NCBI GenBank assembly: GCA_038882975.1
Contig: JAVZNE010000013.1
Location: forward strand, 1 to 27,435
Reading direction: 5' to 3'
Source of the DNA: Candidatus Bathyarchaeia archaeon
Lineage (GTDB): Archaea; Thermoproteota; Bathyarchaeia; Bathyarchaeales; Bathycorpusculaceae
Length of the DNA: 27,435 bases
Positions 1-8,481 of the stretch are shown here, piece by piece. Every line of letters starts with the position of its first letter. Positions within the stretch are counted from its first letter, which is position 1. The notes beneath the pieces are model-generated. The model saw nothing but the letters and a program-made list of their open reading frames with translations, searched no databases and had not been told where the DNA came from. A program made the translations under genes and the position numbers.

Positions 1-2
1 AA

Positions 3-818
3 GAACACAATTTTACAGTTGCATATTACAATTATACTCAGACCAAAGTTGAATTTTTCAAGGGACTGGCTAAAGGCAATTATGGCATAATAATTTTAAG
101 AACCCATGCCGCACTGCGAAAAGACGGTTCAGCAGTAGACTTCTTTACATCCGAGCGGTATGATTCTTGGAAATACGGAGAACTGCAAAATAAAGGGCTT
201 CTGGTTATGGGCGAGCTAAATATTTCTGGAACAATTAAGGAATATTTTGCCTTATCACCAGATTTCGTAAAGGAGTTAGAGGGCACTTTTCCCAAGAGCA
301 TAGTTATTGCGATGGGATGTCAAACCCTGAACCAAACAGCAGGTATACATATGGCAGAAGCTTTCCGTAGTAAGGGTGCAACTGTTTATATAGGCTGGGA
401 TAGCTGGGTTTCAATAACGCATTCAGATTGGGAAATAATAAAACTGATACAACGCCTTTTCTATGGAAATAAAACTATAGGGCAAGCCGTTAGAGAGGCC
501 TATCCGGACTGGTCGTTTAAAATTCCTTCACATCTCCGATTTTATCCCGACTCTCCATCTATTAGAAACTTGAGAATATCGGACTTGATTAAAAAAGCAC
601 AAGAATCAGAAGCGTCCGTAAAATCAGCATTGTTTAAGAATTTTTATGTGAGTGAAATGGCGTTTGTTAAACGCTTTAATTCTCTAGCTACCGTTATGTA
701 TAATTGGTTTCGAAGGTTTTCCCCGGTCAAGTTTGCCATTTTCAATTTTCTCACTTCTTCAGCCAGCACTGCATCCTCTAGGACTTCGTTTATCCATTTT
801 TCGAAGTCTCCACGGTAG
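3..818 (+). CDS. Hypothetical, probably extracellular protein, 5'-truncated; possible caspase/gingipain-like (CHF) His-Cys fold
   Basis: The frame is open from base 3 (EHNFTVAYYNYTQ...), upstream of the track's start at 207. It has IILRTH and VIAMGC motifs and several N-x-S/T sequons. The 3' end overlaps the convergent ORF by 175 nt. Confidence 0.6.
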   Translation, partial: EHNFTVAYYNYTQTKVEFFKGLAKGNYGIIILRTHAALRKDGSAVDFFTSERYDSWKYGELQNKGLLVMGELNISGTIKEYFALSPDFVKELEGTFPKSIVIAMGCQTLNQTAGIHMAEAFRSKGATVYIGWDSWVSITHSDWEIIKLIQRLFYGNKTIGQAVREAYPDWSFKIPSHLRFYPDSPSIRNLRISDLIKKAQESEASVKSALFKNFYVSEMAFVKRFNSLATVMYNWFRRFSPVKFAIFNFLTSSASTASSRTSFIHFSKSPR

Positions 819-982
819 AGGTGGAACTCTAAAGATTTTACGTTAACCTCGTTTATTTTTTCCATAAACTCTTTTAGGGATGAGGCGCTTTCGCCTATAT
901 AGTTCCCTATTGATGTGAAGAAGTAGAAGGCTTTATCTCTCGGAACAGTTTTCAGGGCTTTTATTTCCGTTTCATTTTTCAC
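644..982 (-). CDS. DUF5752-family protein
   Basis: AFYFFTSIG...ASSLKEF...SLEFHLYRGDFEKWI..VLED..LA is the pattern of this small archaeal domain. Confidence 0.8.
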   Translation of the reverse strand: MKNETEIKALKTVPRDKAFYFFTSIGNYIGESASSLKEFMEKINEVNVKSLEFHLYRGDFEKWINEVLEDAVLAEEVRKLKMANLTGENLRNQLYITVARELKRLTNAISLT

Positions 983-999
983 TTTTTTGTTTCTCCTTC

Positions 1000-1521
1000 T
1001 TATTGTCTATTTTTGTTCTCTGTTGGTGTTAACTTTTTCGGGTCATTTATTATTAAAGGTTGGGTTTCCTTAAACTTTTTTGTAACTATTGACGTGCGGA
1101 TTCGCAGAACTCCCGGTAGCGGCGCGACTGTGGTGGCTATAAATTCATGGAGGCTTTCCTGGTTTTCGGCTATGACCTTGGCTATTATTTGGAGCTCTTC
1201 TGATAGGGATGTGTAGACTTCTGTGACTTGGGGGACTGTGCAGAGTTTTTCGGCTACTTTCTCGCTTTCTTTTGGGTCTGTGATTATTGTCATTATGGCT
1301 GTTATGTTTTTGGCTCCGGTTTTCTCCGCGTCTATAAGTGCTGTGTACTTCCTTATTATGCCGTGTTGCTCCATCCGCTTTATTCTGTCGTAAACTGTGG
1401 AGTGGGCTATTCCTAGGCGTTTACCAATGGTTGTGTAGGTCTGCCTTGCGTCTTCTTGAAGAATTTCCAATATTTTTATGTCTATTGAGTCGAGGCTTAA
1501 CACGTTGTTTTTGACGCGCAA
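1000..1521 (-). CDS. Lrp/AsnC family transcriptional regulator
   Basis: N-terminal HTH LDSIDIKILEILQEDAR..YTTIGKRLGIAHSTVYDRIKRME..GII, then a RAM domain ending LPGVLRIRTSIV. The start may be the GTG near 1503. Confidence 0.93.
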   Translation of the reverse strand: MRVKNNVLSLDSIDIKILEILQEDARQTYTTIGKRLGIAHSTVYDRIKRMEQHGIIRKYTALIDAEKTGAKNITAIMTIITDPKESEKVAEKLCTVPQVTEVYTSLSEELQIIAKVIAENQESLHEFIATTVAPLPGVLRIRTSIVTKKFKETQPLIINDPKKLTPTENKNRQ

Positions 1522-1578
1522 ACTTCAGCCCTACTTGGTGCTCCTATTTAGAATAACGCCTAAAATATATTGTTTGTT

Positions 1579-1844
1579 ATCGGAAAAATGTGGAAAAAAC
1601 AGTTTAAAATCGGAAAGTGTTCGATTAAATATCACCGGAAAAAGCAATAGAAATATGCCGGTAATGGTGCATGTCTCCTGTTCTTTAAAATAAAATAATA
1701 ATTTCTTGATCCTTGAACTTTTTCGGAAAATTGTCTAAAAAACAATTTTTAGTCTACAATTTTTCAATTTTAGATTCTTAAAGCTACATTTTTGCAGATA
1801 AAACCGCAAATAAGTTTAAATCTGTGGGATAGAATATTTTTCTA
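1579..1844. promoter_or_regulatory. Divergent AT-rich promoter region with repeated (C/T)GGAAA motifs and palindromes; candidate Lrp-family binding region
   Basis: CGGAAA at 1581, 1611, 1636 and 1724; TGGAAA at 1591. TTTTCGGAAAA at 1720-1730, TATA-like TTTAAAT at 1815-1821 and palindrome TAGAA-TATTT-TTCTA at 1830-1844. Confidence 0.45.
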
Positions 1845-1874
1845 GAAGATTCTAACAGAGAGGTTTGTCAGAAG

Positions 1875-2363
1875 ATGAAAACTTCAAGGATTTGGGAAAT
1901 TCTTAAAAAGTTTAAGGAAACTTGTAGGTTCCACGGTTGGAAAACCTCTGAAAGCGAAGACTGGGTTGAGGTTGACCGTAAATATCACAATTTCCTTTTA
2001 ACTCGAAACATTCATCCATCATCCTTTCGGAATATCGCCCAGAACAGAAAGTGTGTTGTTCGTGAAGGATTATCCTACCGTGTTGTTGAAGCCTCATACA
2101 TGGCTTGGGTTTTCTCCGAAACGCCGCCCGAAAGCCTATTAAACCTTTTCTTTGAGAATCCAGACTTCTCAAAAAGGGTTGCCCTCTACGATTTGAGCCC
2201 CTTCACGGAAGGGCGGAACACTTGTGTTAAACTGAACTTTACAGACAGCACTGTTTTCCAGGAGTTTGAAAACTTTCTTGAAAAAGAGTTTGGAATCAAA
2301 ATTGAAGAGTATGCCAGCCTAAAGCAAAGTATTGAAGATTGCACGTTAACGAAGACCCTCTAG
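1875..2363 (+). CDS. Hypothetical protein (alpha/beta)
   Basis: 162-aa ORF with ATG start, GAGG SD-like motif upstream and protein-like composition. Confidence 0.75.
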   Translation: MKTSRIWEILKKFKETCRFHGWKTSESEDWVEVDRKYHNFLLTRNIHPSSFRNIAQNRKCVVREGLSYRVVEASYMAWVFSETPPESLLNLFFENPDFSKRVALYDLSPFTEGRNTCVKLNFTDSTVFQEFENFLEKEFGIKIEEYASLKQSIEDCTLTKTL

Positions 2364-2419
2364 ATTCCCGGCTTCCCAATCAAAGATTTGATAAGCAGAG
2401 CGCTACATATATTCTAGCG

Positions 2420-3037
2420 GTGGCGGACTTGTCTGAGGAGGCTGAAGAGGTTAAGAGGCTTTTAGCCTTCAAAAAGAAGCTTGAAAAGAGAGTTGAAAAG
2501 CTTGAATCAGAGCTTAAAGAGCTGAAATCAATTTTGGAAACCATAAACTCGGTACTTTTGGCAAAGGGGTTCAAACGAGCTGAAATCGTTAAAGCCCCAA
2601 CACCAACGCTACCAGAAGTAGCTGTGCCAACAAAAGAAGAAGAGATGGTAATTCAACCACCAACGCGGACGCCAGAGTTTAAAGAGGTTGTCCCCTTAAA
2701 AACTGCCGCTGGCGAACTGCTTGCAACACTCTACGTCGGTGAGGGCTTCTTAAAAATTGTTTTAGCCGAAGACAAAAACTTCAATGTTAATACTCCGCCT
2801 TTTAACCAGTTTCTGGTGGAAAGGGTTTTAGCAAAGATGCAACAGAAAGACGGCGAACTAGCCAAGGCTGGAAAGCTTAAGCCAGAAGAAATTTTTTCCT
2901 ACAATATTGTTAGGGACGGCGAAATAATCCGCGAAATCCATATAAAAAATTTTGATGCTGAACGCCTAAGAGAACTTAAGTCAAGTGTCAAGTGGACTTT
3001 GGAGAAAATGTATGAGAAAATGAAGAGTCAAGGCTAA
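2420..3037 (+). CDS. Hypothetical protein: N-terminal coiled coil, Pro-rich linker, C-terminal globular domain
   Basis: Heptad run KKKLEKRVEKLESELKELKSILETIN and linker PTPTLPEVAVP. The start is uncertain: GTG 2420 or TTG 2429 is preferred over the track's 2339. Confidence 0.75.
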   Translation: MADLSEEAEEVKRLLAFKKKLEKRVEKLESELKELKSILETINSVLLAKGFKRAEIVKAPTPTLPEVAVPTKEEEMVIQPPTRTPEFKEVVPLKTAAGELLATLYVGEGFLKIVLAEDKNFNVNTPPFNQFLVERVLAKMQQKDGELAKAGKLKPEEIFSYNIVRDGEIIREIHIKNFDAERLRELKSSVKWTLEKMYEKMKSQG

Positions 3038-3044
3038 GATGGCT

Positions 3045-3611
3045 TTAAGGCCATTTTCTATCAAAGTATATGTTTTTGCCCTTTGCTGAAAGCGGTATGC
3101 CCATCACAACAGTGGCTTCAGGCATTAGGTTCAGCTTTAGTGCCGCCGTGCCAATGCGGTACATTATGCGATTATCGATGTTTAAGAGACTTGCAATTTT
3201 AGCGGCTGAGCCTAGGGCTATTCCAAGGTCCAAAGCCTTAAAAAGGCATGTTGGTCCAGCAAAGTCTTGCCCTGCCTGTCTCTGGGATTCTTCAAATTCG
3301 CTGCAGTTCTTGTAACCGCACGCCCCACAATTGAATCCTAGGCTTTTCCTCCCTCTAACCCCTATTAGAACAACGGCTTCAGAATCCCTAACGTTTTTTG
3401 CGTCTCGTTTAAATCCGTCAATTTTCCTTTGTTCAGCTATTTCTTCCATTTTTTCGGCTATGGCGTCTTTCTCCTCGCCATAAACAATTAGGGTTAGAAT
3501 GTCGTCTATCCCAGCTGTTTTTGGCGCTGTTCTTGCAGCGGCTAGCATAAGCTTTGCAGCTTCAAGGATTGCCTCCCTCTCGCCATTTTCGCTTTTAATG
3601 CTTGGGCTCAC
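3045..3611 (-). CDS. DUF2148 ferredoxin-like domain-containing protein
   Basis: AARTAPK..G.D, NCGACGY..C, GPTC...DLGIALGSA and DNRIMY.IG motifs; ends KNIYFDR. Confidence 0.88.
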   Translation of the reverse strand: MSPSIKSENGEREAILEAAKLMLAAARTAPKTAGIDDILTLIVYGEEKDAIAEKMEEIAEQRKIDGFKRDAKNVRDSEAVVLIGVRGRKSLGFNCGACGYKNCSEFEESQRQAGQDFAGPTCLFKALDLGIALGSAAKIASLLNIDNRIMYRIGTAALKLNLMPEATVVMGIPLSAKGKNIYFDRKWP

Positions 3612-3678
3612 ACGTTCACCTCACTTGAATAAACTGGACTAGATTAGCTATGTGGAGTTAAGAATTTTACCATTTTCG

Positions 3679-3813
3679 CTAAAAGGTTGTGAAAGCCCTT
3701 TTCAAAAGCTCAATTATGGCGTTCAACTGTCCAGTGTATAAGCCTATGGTAAATAGGGACACGCCCAAAAGCAGTAGGAGGGCACCTATAACCCTTCGCT
3801 CGTGCAAATCCAT
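3679..3813 (-). CDS. Small single-pass membrane protein (44 aa), not in the ORF track
   Basis: Translated by hand as MDLHERRVIGALLLLLGVSLFTIGLYTGQLNAIIELLKRAFTTF*. The ATG is 8 nt after the trxA stop on the same strand. Confidence 0.65.
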   Translation of the reverse strand: MDLHERRVIGALLLLLGVSLFTIGLYTGQLNAIIELLKRAFTTF

Positions 3814-3821
3814 GTCTCTTT

Positions 3822-4256
3822 TCACTCCAAATATCTTTTAAGGCGGGCTTCAACTTGGCTTTTTGGCACAAAGCCAACTATCCTATCAACTTCCTCGCCA
3901 GCCTTAATGATTACAATGGTTGGTATACTGAAAACTTGAAAGCGGTCGGCTATTGCCGGATTTTCATCCACATTAAGTTTTCCAACAAGAACTTTGCCAG
4001 CATACTCCTTGGCTAGCTCCTCTATAACCGGCGCCATCATTCTGCACGGCATGCACCAGTCCGCGAAAAAGTCAACAAGCACAAGCGAGTTCTTGCTCAC
4101 TATTTCTTTGAAATTTGAATCTGTAATATGGATTACTTGTCCACTCAAACTCTTTTTCTCCTCAAACTCTTTCATTAATTTGCGCAGTTTTTCCTCTTTG
4201 ATACGTTTCAGTTCAACGTCATCTTCTGATATAAACCCTTCGTATTCTCGAAACAT
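3822..4256 (-). CDS. trxA: Thioredoxin
   Basis: [16 protein letters not shown] active site and cis-Pro motif SIPT. The N-terminal extension [13 protein letters not shown] is typical of archaeal thioredoxins. Confidence 0.95.
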   Translation of the reverse strand: MFREYEGFISEDDVELKRIKEEKLRKLMKEFEEKKSLSGQVIHITDSNFKEIVSKNSLVLVDFFADWCMPCRMMAPVIEELAKEYAGKVLVGKLNVDENPAIADRFQVFSIPTIVIIKAGEEVDRIVGFVPKSQVEARLKRYLE

Positions 4257-4265
4257 ATGGCAACC

Positions 4266-4703
4266 TCATTTATAATTGCTTTTAAGGTTTTTCAAAAGCG
4301 CCTTAAACTTTCTATAGGCATCCTCTGGGTTGTCAATCTCTATAGCGGCTTTCTCAAAGGGGCAAGCATCCCTTCCAGAAACATCCAATATTTTTTCCAC
4401 AAGCCTATCCCACTCTAAACAGACCTTGTAGTTTTCAAAGACCTGCTTGGCTTCAAGGCTGAGAGTTAAAGCGTAAACAGCCCTAACCCCAGCGTAAATG
4501 CAGAGCAACGCCACAGCTTTTCCAATAACTTTGTCTGCAACTGACGCATCTTTTAAATTGTCTCCAAGCACATCTAAAGCCTCTATGAAGCTGGAAACTC
4601 CACGGGCTTTACTTTCAAAAAGTACCCTAGAATCTTTTACCACTACTAGCGTCAAGCCTTTTTTGCGAAGCCTATTTTTAGCTATTTCCAAGTCTTCCCG
4701 CAT
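4266..4703 (-). CDS. DUF1893 (TM1506-like) protein
   Basis: [21 protein letters not shown] and CPFEKA motifs. Confidence 0.88.
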   Translation of the reverse strand: MREDLEIAKNRLRKKGLTLVVVKDSRVLFESKARGVSSFIEALDVLGDNLKDASVADKVIGKAVALLCIYAGVRAVYALTLSLEAKQVFENYKVCLEWDRLVEKILDVSGRDACPFEKAAIEIDNPEDAYRKFKALLKNLKSNYK

Positions 4704-4779
4704 TTATGTCCCATAAAATCTTACGTGATGCGCTCCTATCTAAGCATGTCAATTACTAAAGTATTTTGCAAGATTAAAC

Positions 4780-5223
4780 TTATCCATTTTCAATTTCAAA
4801 CAGTTGGTTTTCTGACGTGTCCGCTATTTTCCAAGCGAGATCCTCGTTAGAAGCACCTTTTGTAAGCTGTTCTTTCAGAATTCCTATTACTTGCTCGTTT
4901 ACGTGAATTTTCAAAGTTTTATTTTGACTTTCAAGTTTAAAAATTGCCACTATGCTTTCATTGGAATTTCTTACTTCAAGTTTTCTGTTCCCCAAAGTGC
5001 ATTGGGTGGTCGCCTGGATGCCATCGAGGATGCATGAATAAGGAGTTATTAATGGGAGTTCCGCCATCACCTGCAAGTTCCATCGCTTGTTTCCGTCCAC
5101 GTTTAGTATTTTCTTTGCCAACCTCGCCATTTTCACCCCTATAACTAGGAATGGTCCAAGATGCCCATGAAGTTTTTCAGCGTTTCTAATCTCAAGCGTT
5201 AAGGCTTCTTTTTCATTAAGCAT
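4780..5223 (-). CDS. FmdE/FwdE family protein (formylmethanofuran dehydrogenase subunit E-like, metal-binding)
   Basis: HGHLGPFLVIGVKMA and SCILDGIQATTQCTLGN motifs. Start is ATG 5223 or GTG 5232, overlapping the upstream gene's end. Confidence 0.9.
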   Translation of the reverse strand: MLNEKEALTLEIRNAEKLHGHLGPFLVIGVKMARLAKKILNVDGNKRWNLQVMAELPLITPYSCILDGIQATTQCTLGNRKLEVRNSNESIVAIFKLESQNKTLKIHVNEQVIGILKEQLTKGASNEDLAWKIADTSENQLFEIENG

Positions 5224-5755
5224 TTTCTGCACCCTTTACCTTTGCCCTTTCAAGGGTTCCTATCACTGGTAAGGCAATTATTAAGCCTATTATTCCGCCT
5301 ATCAAGTGCCACACACCCCAAAATGTTAGTGCCCACTCTAAAGATCTTGCCATGAAAACTGTTCCAATAACTACACCTGCGAAATATGCAGATACTGCTG
5401 TTGTAATGGCTGTTACTACAATATTGTAGGGTTTGAGGTTTATTTTGTGCCCGCATAGCGTCATTAAGGCGTCAAAGAGAATGGCTGAGGCTAAAAAACC
5501 TAACATTTGTGTTGATGCTGGTCTCATTGCTAGCACTATTACAGCGCCTATTACGCCGACCATTGAAGGTATTCCAGGTCTGCCAGAAGCCCAAGTAGCC
5601 AAAAGCAGGGTAAAATAGACGGAGAAGTCGCAAAATATTGGCAGATGAAACAGCGTAAATCCCAACGGCCCTATTGTCAGATTCAACACTGCCCACATGG
5701 CTGAGAAGATGGCTATTATTGTTATGTCAACTGGTTTAAAGTAGTGCATTTTCAT
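5216..5755 (-). CDS. ECF-type transporter S-component-like membrane protein; candidate Ni/Co permease
   Basis: About 180 aa with roughly 5-6 hydrophobic helices, an N-terminal DITIIAIFSAMWAVL helix and a C-terminal LERAKV tail typical of S components. It is divergent from nikR. Confidence 0.65.
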   Translation of the reverse strand: MKMHYFKPVDITIIAIFSAMWAVLNLTIGPLGFTLFHLPIFCDFSVYFTLLLATWASGRPGIPSMVGVIGAVIVLAMRPASTQMLGFLASAILFDALMTLCGHKINLKPYNIVVTAITTAVSAYFAGVVIGTVFMARSLEWALTFWGVWHLIGGIIGLIIALPVIGTLERAKVKGAENA

Positions 5756-5758
5756 TTT

Positions 5759-5786
5759 GTAATACTTTTTTCTGAAAACGTAATAC
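5759..5786. promoter_or_regulatory. Putative NikR operator GTAATA-N16-TAATAC
   Basis: GTAATA at 5759-5764 and TAATAC at 5781-5786 with a 16-nt spacer, the geometry of the E. coli NikR operator GTATGA-N16-TCATAC. It lies between nikR and the divergent gene. Confidence 0.72.
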
Positions 5787-5793
5787 CATTTTG

Positions 5794-5808
5794 CATAAAA
5801 ACTTTATG
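5794..5808. promoter_or_regulatory. Back-to-back TATA-like boxes (CATAAA-AAC-TTTATG)
   Basis: The palindrome gives TTTATG on both strands, about 35-40 nt from each divergent start codon. Confidence 0.5.
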
Positions 5809-5841
5809 GTCAAAACACAAAATAAAACTGTGGTTTCCTGC

Positions 5842-6258
5842 ATGGCGAAAACAGAGAAAATAGTTCGGGTGAGCGTAACCTTTCCACCGGACCTACTAAG
5901 GGACTTTGACGAGATAATCCAGAAAATGGGTTATGGAAACCGTTCTAAGGCTGTTCAGGATGCTGTTAGGCTTTTTGTTTCTGAGCGTAAGTGGCTTCAA
6001 GAGGAAAAGGGTCTTCAAGCCGGGGTTTTGATGCTTCTCTACGACCATGAGGTTAAGGGTTTGGAAGATGCCCTAACAGATATTCAGCATCATTATGCTG
6101 GCATAATCTCCTCAACAATGCATATCCACTTAACCGAGCGGGATTGCCTAGAGGCTATAGCCGTTAAAGGCGACGCCGCTGAAATTCGACGATTAAGCGA
6201 TGAACTGTCTTCAAAACGGGGTGTTAAGCTTCTCAAAACAATGATTGTCTCGCTTTGA
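5842..6258 (+). CDS. nikR: Nickel-responsive transcriptional regulator NikR
   Basis: Ribbon-helix-helix RVSVTFPPDLL..FD...MGY.NRSKAVQDAVR, plus YDHE, QHH and HIHL...CLE Ni-binding motifs. Confidence 0.95.
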   Translation: MAKTEKIVRVSVTFPPDLLRDFDEIIQKMGYGNRSKAVQDAVRLFVSERKWLQEEKGLQAGVLMLLYDHEVKGLEDALTDIQHHYAGIISSTMHIHLTERDCLEAIAVKGDAAEIRRLSDELSSKRGVKLLKTMIVSL

Positions 6259-6274
6259 AAGATGAGCTTTTACT

Positions 6275-7192
6275 TTAATGCGTCATTTCGAACATTTGTT
6301 CTAGGGCTTTTCTGGCTTTGCTTGCTATTGGCTCTGGAACCCTAACCACATGCTTCTCCTCTTTAAGGGCTGCGTAAATCCTTTCAAGAGTGTTAAGCTT
6401 CATGTTGGGGCAGACGGCGCCCTCATAAGCCAAAACAAAACGTTTACCCGGATTGTCCTTCCTCAGACGGTGGAGAAGCCCCTCTTCGGTTGCCACAATA
6501 AATGTTTCAGCGTTGCTTTCCTTAGCGTAACGGCACATCTGGGACGTGCTCCCAATGAAATCGGCTATTTTCCGCATTTCAGCTGTGCACTCCGGGTGAA
6601 CCATGACAACAGCCTCTGGAAATTCAGCCTTTAAAACATGCACTTCTTCCGGTTGGAAGAGGAGATGAGTTGGGCAAAAACCGCGTTCTGGAATTGGAAT
6701 AATCGTTTTCCCAGTCTTTTCTTGCACATACTCTGCCAAGTTGTGGTCTGGTCCAAAAAGAACTGTTTCGGCGTCTAAAGCGTTTATTACCTCAACAGCG
6801 TTGGCTGAAGTACAGCACACATCGCAGTAAGCCTTTGTTGAAGCCAAAGTATTAACGTACAAAACCAGCGGCACAAGCGGGTAAAGCACACGCCACCTCT
6901 TAATCTCGTCAACAGTCAACATTTGAGCCATGGGGCAGCGGGCACCGGCAGAAGGGAGCAAAACCTTCTTGTCTGGGTTAAGGATGGCTGCTGATTCAGC
7001 CATAAAATCCACAGCAGCGAAAACAATTATTTCTGCTTCTCTCTCTTCCATAGCTTTTCTGCTGAGTTCTATGCTGTCCCCCACATAGTCTGCAATGTCT
7101 TGAACCTCTGGTCTCTGATAGTTATGAGCTAAAATAATGGCTTTCTTTTCCCTTTTCAGCTGCAATATTTTTTCGGCAAGAGCCATTTCCAA
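6275..7192 (-). CDS. nadA: Quinolinate synthase
   Basis: ILAHNYQRPEVQDIAD, CPMA, YVNT, CTSANA, CPTH, HPEC, GST and CPNMK motifs, including the three Fe-S cysteines. Confidence 0.97.
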   Translation of the reverse strand: MEMALAEKILQLKREKKAIILAHNYQRPEVQDIADYVGDSIELSRKAMEEREAEIIVFAAVDFMAESAAILNPDKKVLLPSAGARCPMAQMLTVDEIKRWRVLYPLVPLVLYVNTLASTKAYCDVCCTSANAVEVINALDAETVLFGPDHNLAEYVQEKTGKTIIPIPERGFCPTHLLFQPEEVHVLKAEFPEAVVMVHPECTAEMRKIADFIGSTSQMCRYAKESNAETFIVATEEGLLHRLRKDNPGKRFVLAYEGAVCPNMKLNTLERIYAALKEEKHVVRVPEPIASKARKALEQMFEMTH

Positions 7193-7312
7193 CTTCGCCT
7201 TTAAGCATCTTCAAAAGTACACCGTGGGATATATGCCTTTATGCCCCCACCATGCTATTTACAACAACCATAACAACCGTTAAAACACTGCGGATTCTAC
7301 TTTCACATAGAG

Positions 7313-8464
7313 ATGGGGAAACTCAGATTTTTCGCAACAACAGTCATAGGGCTGGAGGATGTAGCCTCAAGAGAGGTTGAAAGCCTATTAGGAGTTAAAG
7401 CCGAAAAAGATGTTGGTAGAATAGCTTTCCAAGGAAGCCTCGAAGACGTTTACCTCCTAAACTTGAAGGCTTCCACCATCAACAAGGTTTTCATCGAACT
7501 TTGCAGGTCAACCTTTGCAAGTCTAGGCGACATTTACCGGCTCGCCAAGAGTTTAGACTACACTTGGATACTGGATTCCCAGCAGACTTTCGCCATAAGA
7601 AGCGAAAGAATAGGCGCGCATAACTTCACGAGCATGGACGTCTCCCGCGTTGCTGGACAAGCCGTAATAGACTCTTTTGGCAATGCAACGGGCAAGAGGC
7701 TAAAAGTAAACTTGGACGAGCCGGATGTTGAAATATGCTGCCTAGTAAGAAATAGCGACTTCATCATGGGAGTAAATACTACAGGTGCTTCCCTCCACAA
7801 GCGCGGTTACCGTGTGTATAGTCATCCAGCAGCCCTAAAACCAACAATAGCCTCAGCCATGCTTAGGATAGGCGGCTGGACGCCAGCCAAACCCCTCATA
7901 GATCCCATGTGTGGAGGCGCCACCATCCCAATAGAAGCCGCGTTGGAGGCTAGTGGCATCCCGCCAAACCATCTAAGGAGAGATTTCGCCTTCCTTAAAC
8001 TCAAAATCTGCAACCAAGAAACGTTTGAAAGGATAAGGGCTGAAACATTAGCCCAACGTAAAGAGAAAAACGCAGACACATGCACGATTTATGCCATGGA
8101 AAAATTTAACAAACATTTGCAAGGTGGAATTGAAAACGCCAAAAAAGCCGGCGTGCACGAAGCAATAAAATTCAAAATTGGAGACGCCACAAAACCCCAA
8201 GACTATCCAGAAGCAGAACTCAACTTCATAGTTGTAAATCCACCCTACGGGTTGAGGGCAAACCCAAAAGAGGGAGTCCGCAAACTTTACGAAAGCTTCC
8301 TAAAAGCGTTAAAAACAAAATTTCCAGAAGCAACTCTTGTCATAATAACAGCAGCCTCAAAAAGGTTTAGAGAAGCGGCGGAAAACACTGGAATCACCAT
8401 AATCGAAGACCGCAAAATCCGGCATGGCGAACTCCTAACAGAAATATTCACATGCAAAATCTAA
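7313..8464 (+). CDS. trm14: tRNA (guanine(6)-N2)-methyltransferase, THUMP domain plus methyltransferase
   Basis: THUMP region (FAIRSERIGAHNFTS, VNLDEPD), SLHKRGYRVYSHPAALKPTIA, DPMCGGATIPIEAA and NPPYG. Confidence 0.88.
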   Translation: MGKLRFFATTVIGLEDVASREVESLLGVKAEKDVGRIAFQGSLEDVYLLNLKASTINKVFIELCRSTFASLGDIYRLAKSLDYTWILDSQQTFAIRSERIGAHNFTSMDVSRVAGQAVIDSFGNATGKRLKVNLDEPDVEICCLVRNSDFIMGVNTTGASLHKRGYRVYSHPAALKPTIASAMLRIGGWTPAKPLIDPMCGGATIPIEAALEASGIPPNHLRRDFAFLKLKICNQETFERIRAETLAQRKEKNADTCTIYAMEKFNKHLQGGIENAKKAGVHEAIKFKIGDATKPQDYPEAELNFIVVNPPYGLRANPKEGVRKLYESFLKALKTKFPEATLVIITAASKRFREAAENTGITIIEDRKIRHGELLTEIFTCKI

Positions 8465-8481
8465 AAGGCAGAAAAGGGCGG

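Noticed and set aside
1522-1874. Replication origin or CRISPR array in the AT-rich repeat region
   Set aside because: No full ORB (TCCAxTGGAA plus G-string), no adjacent cdc6/orc1, and the repeats are only 6-10 nt and irregular.
4780-5223. Inferring a formylmethanofuran dehydrogenase operon from FmdE
   Set aside because: No fmd/fwd catalytic subunits are in the window, and FmdE-family genes often stand apart from them.
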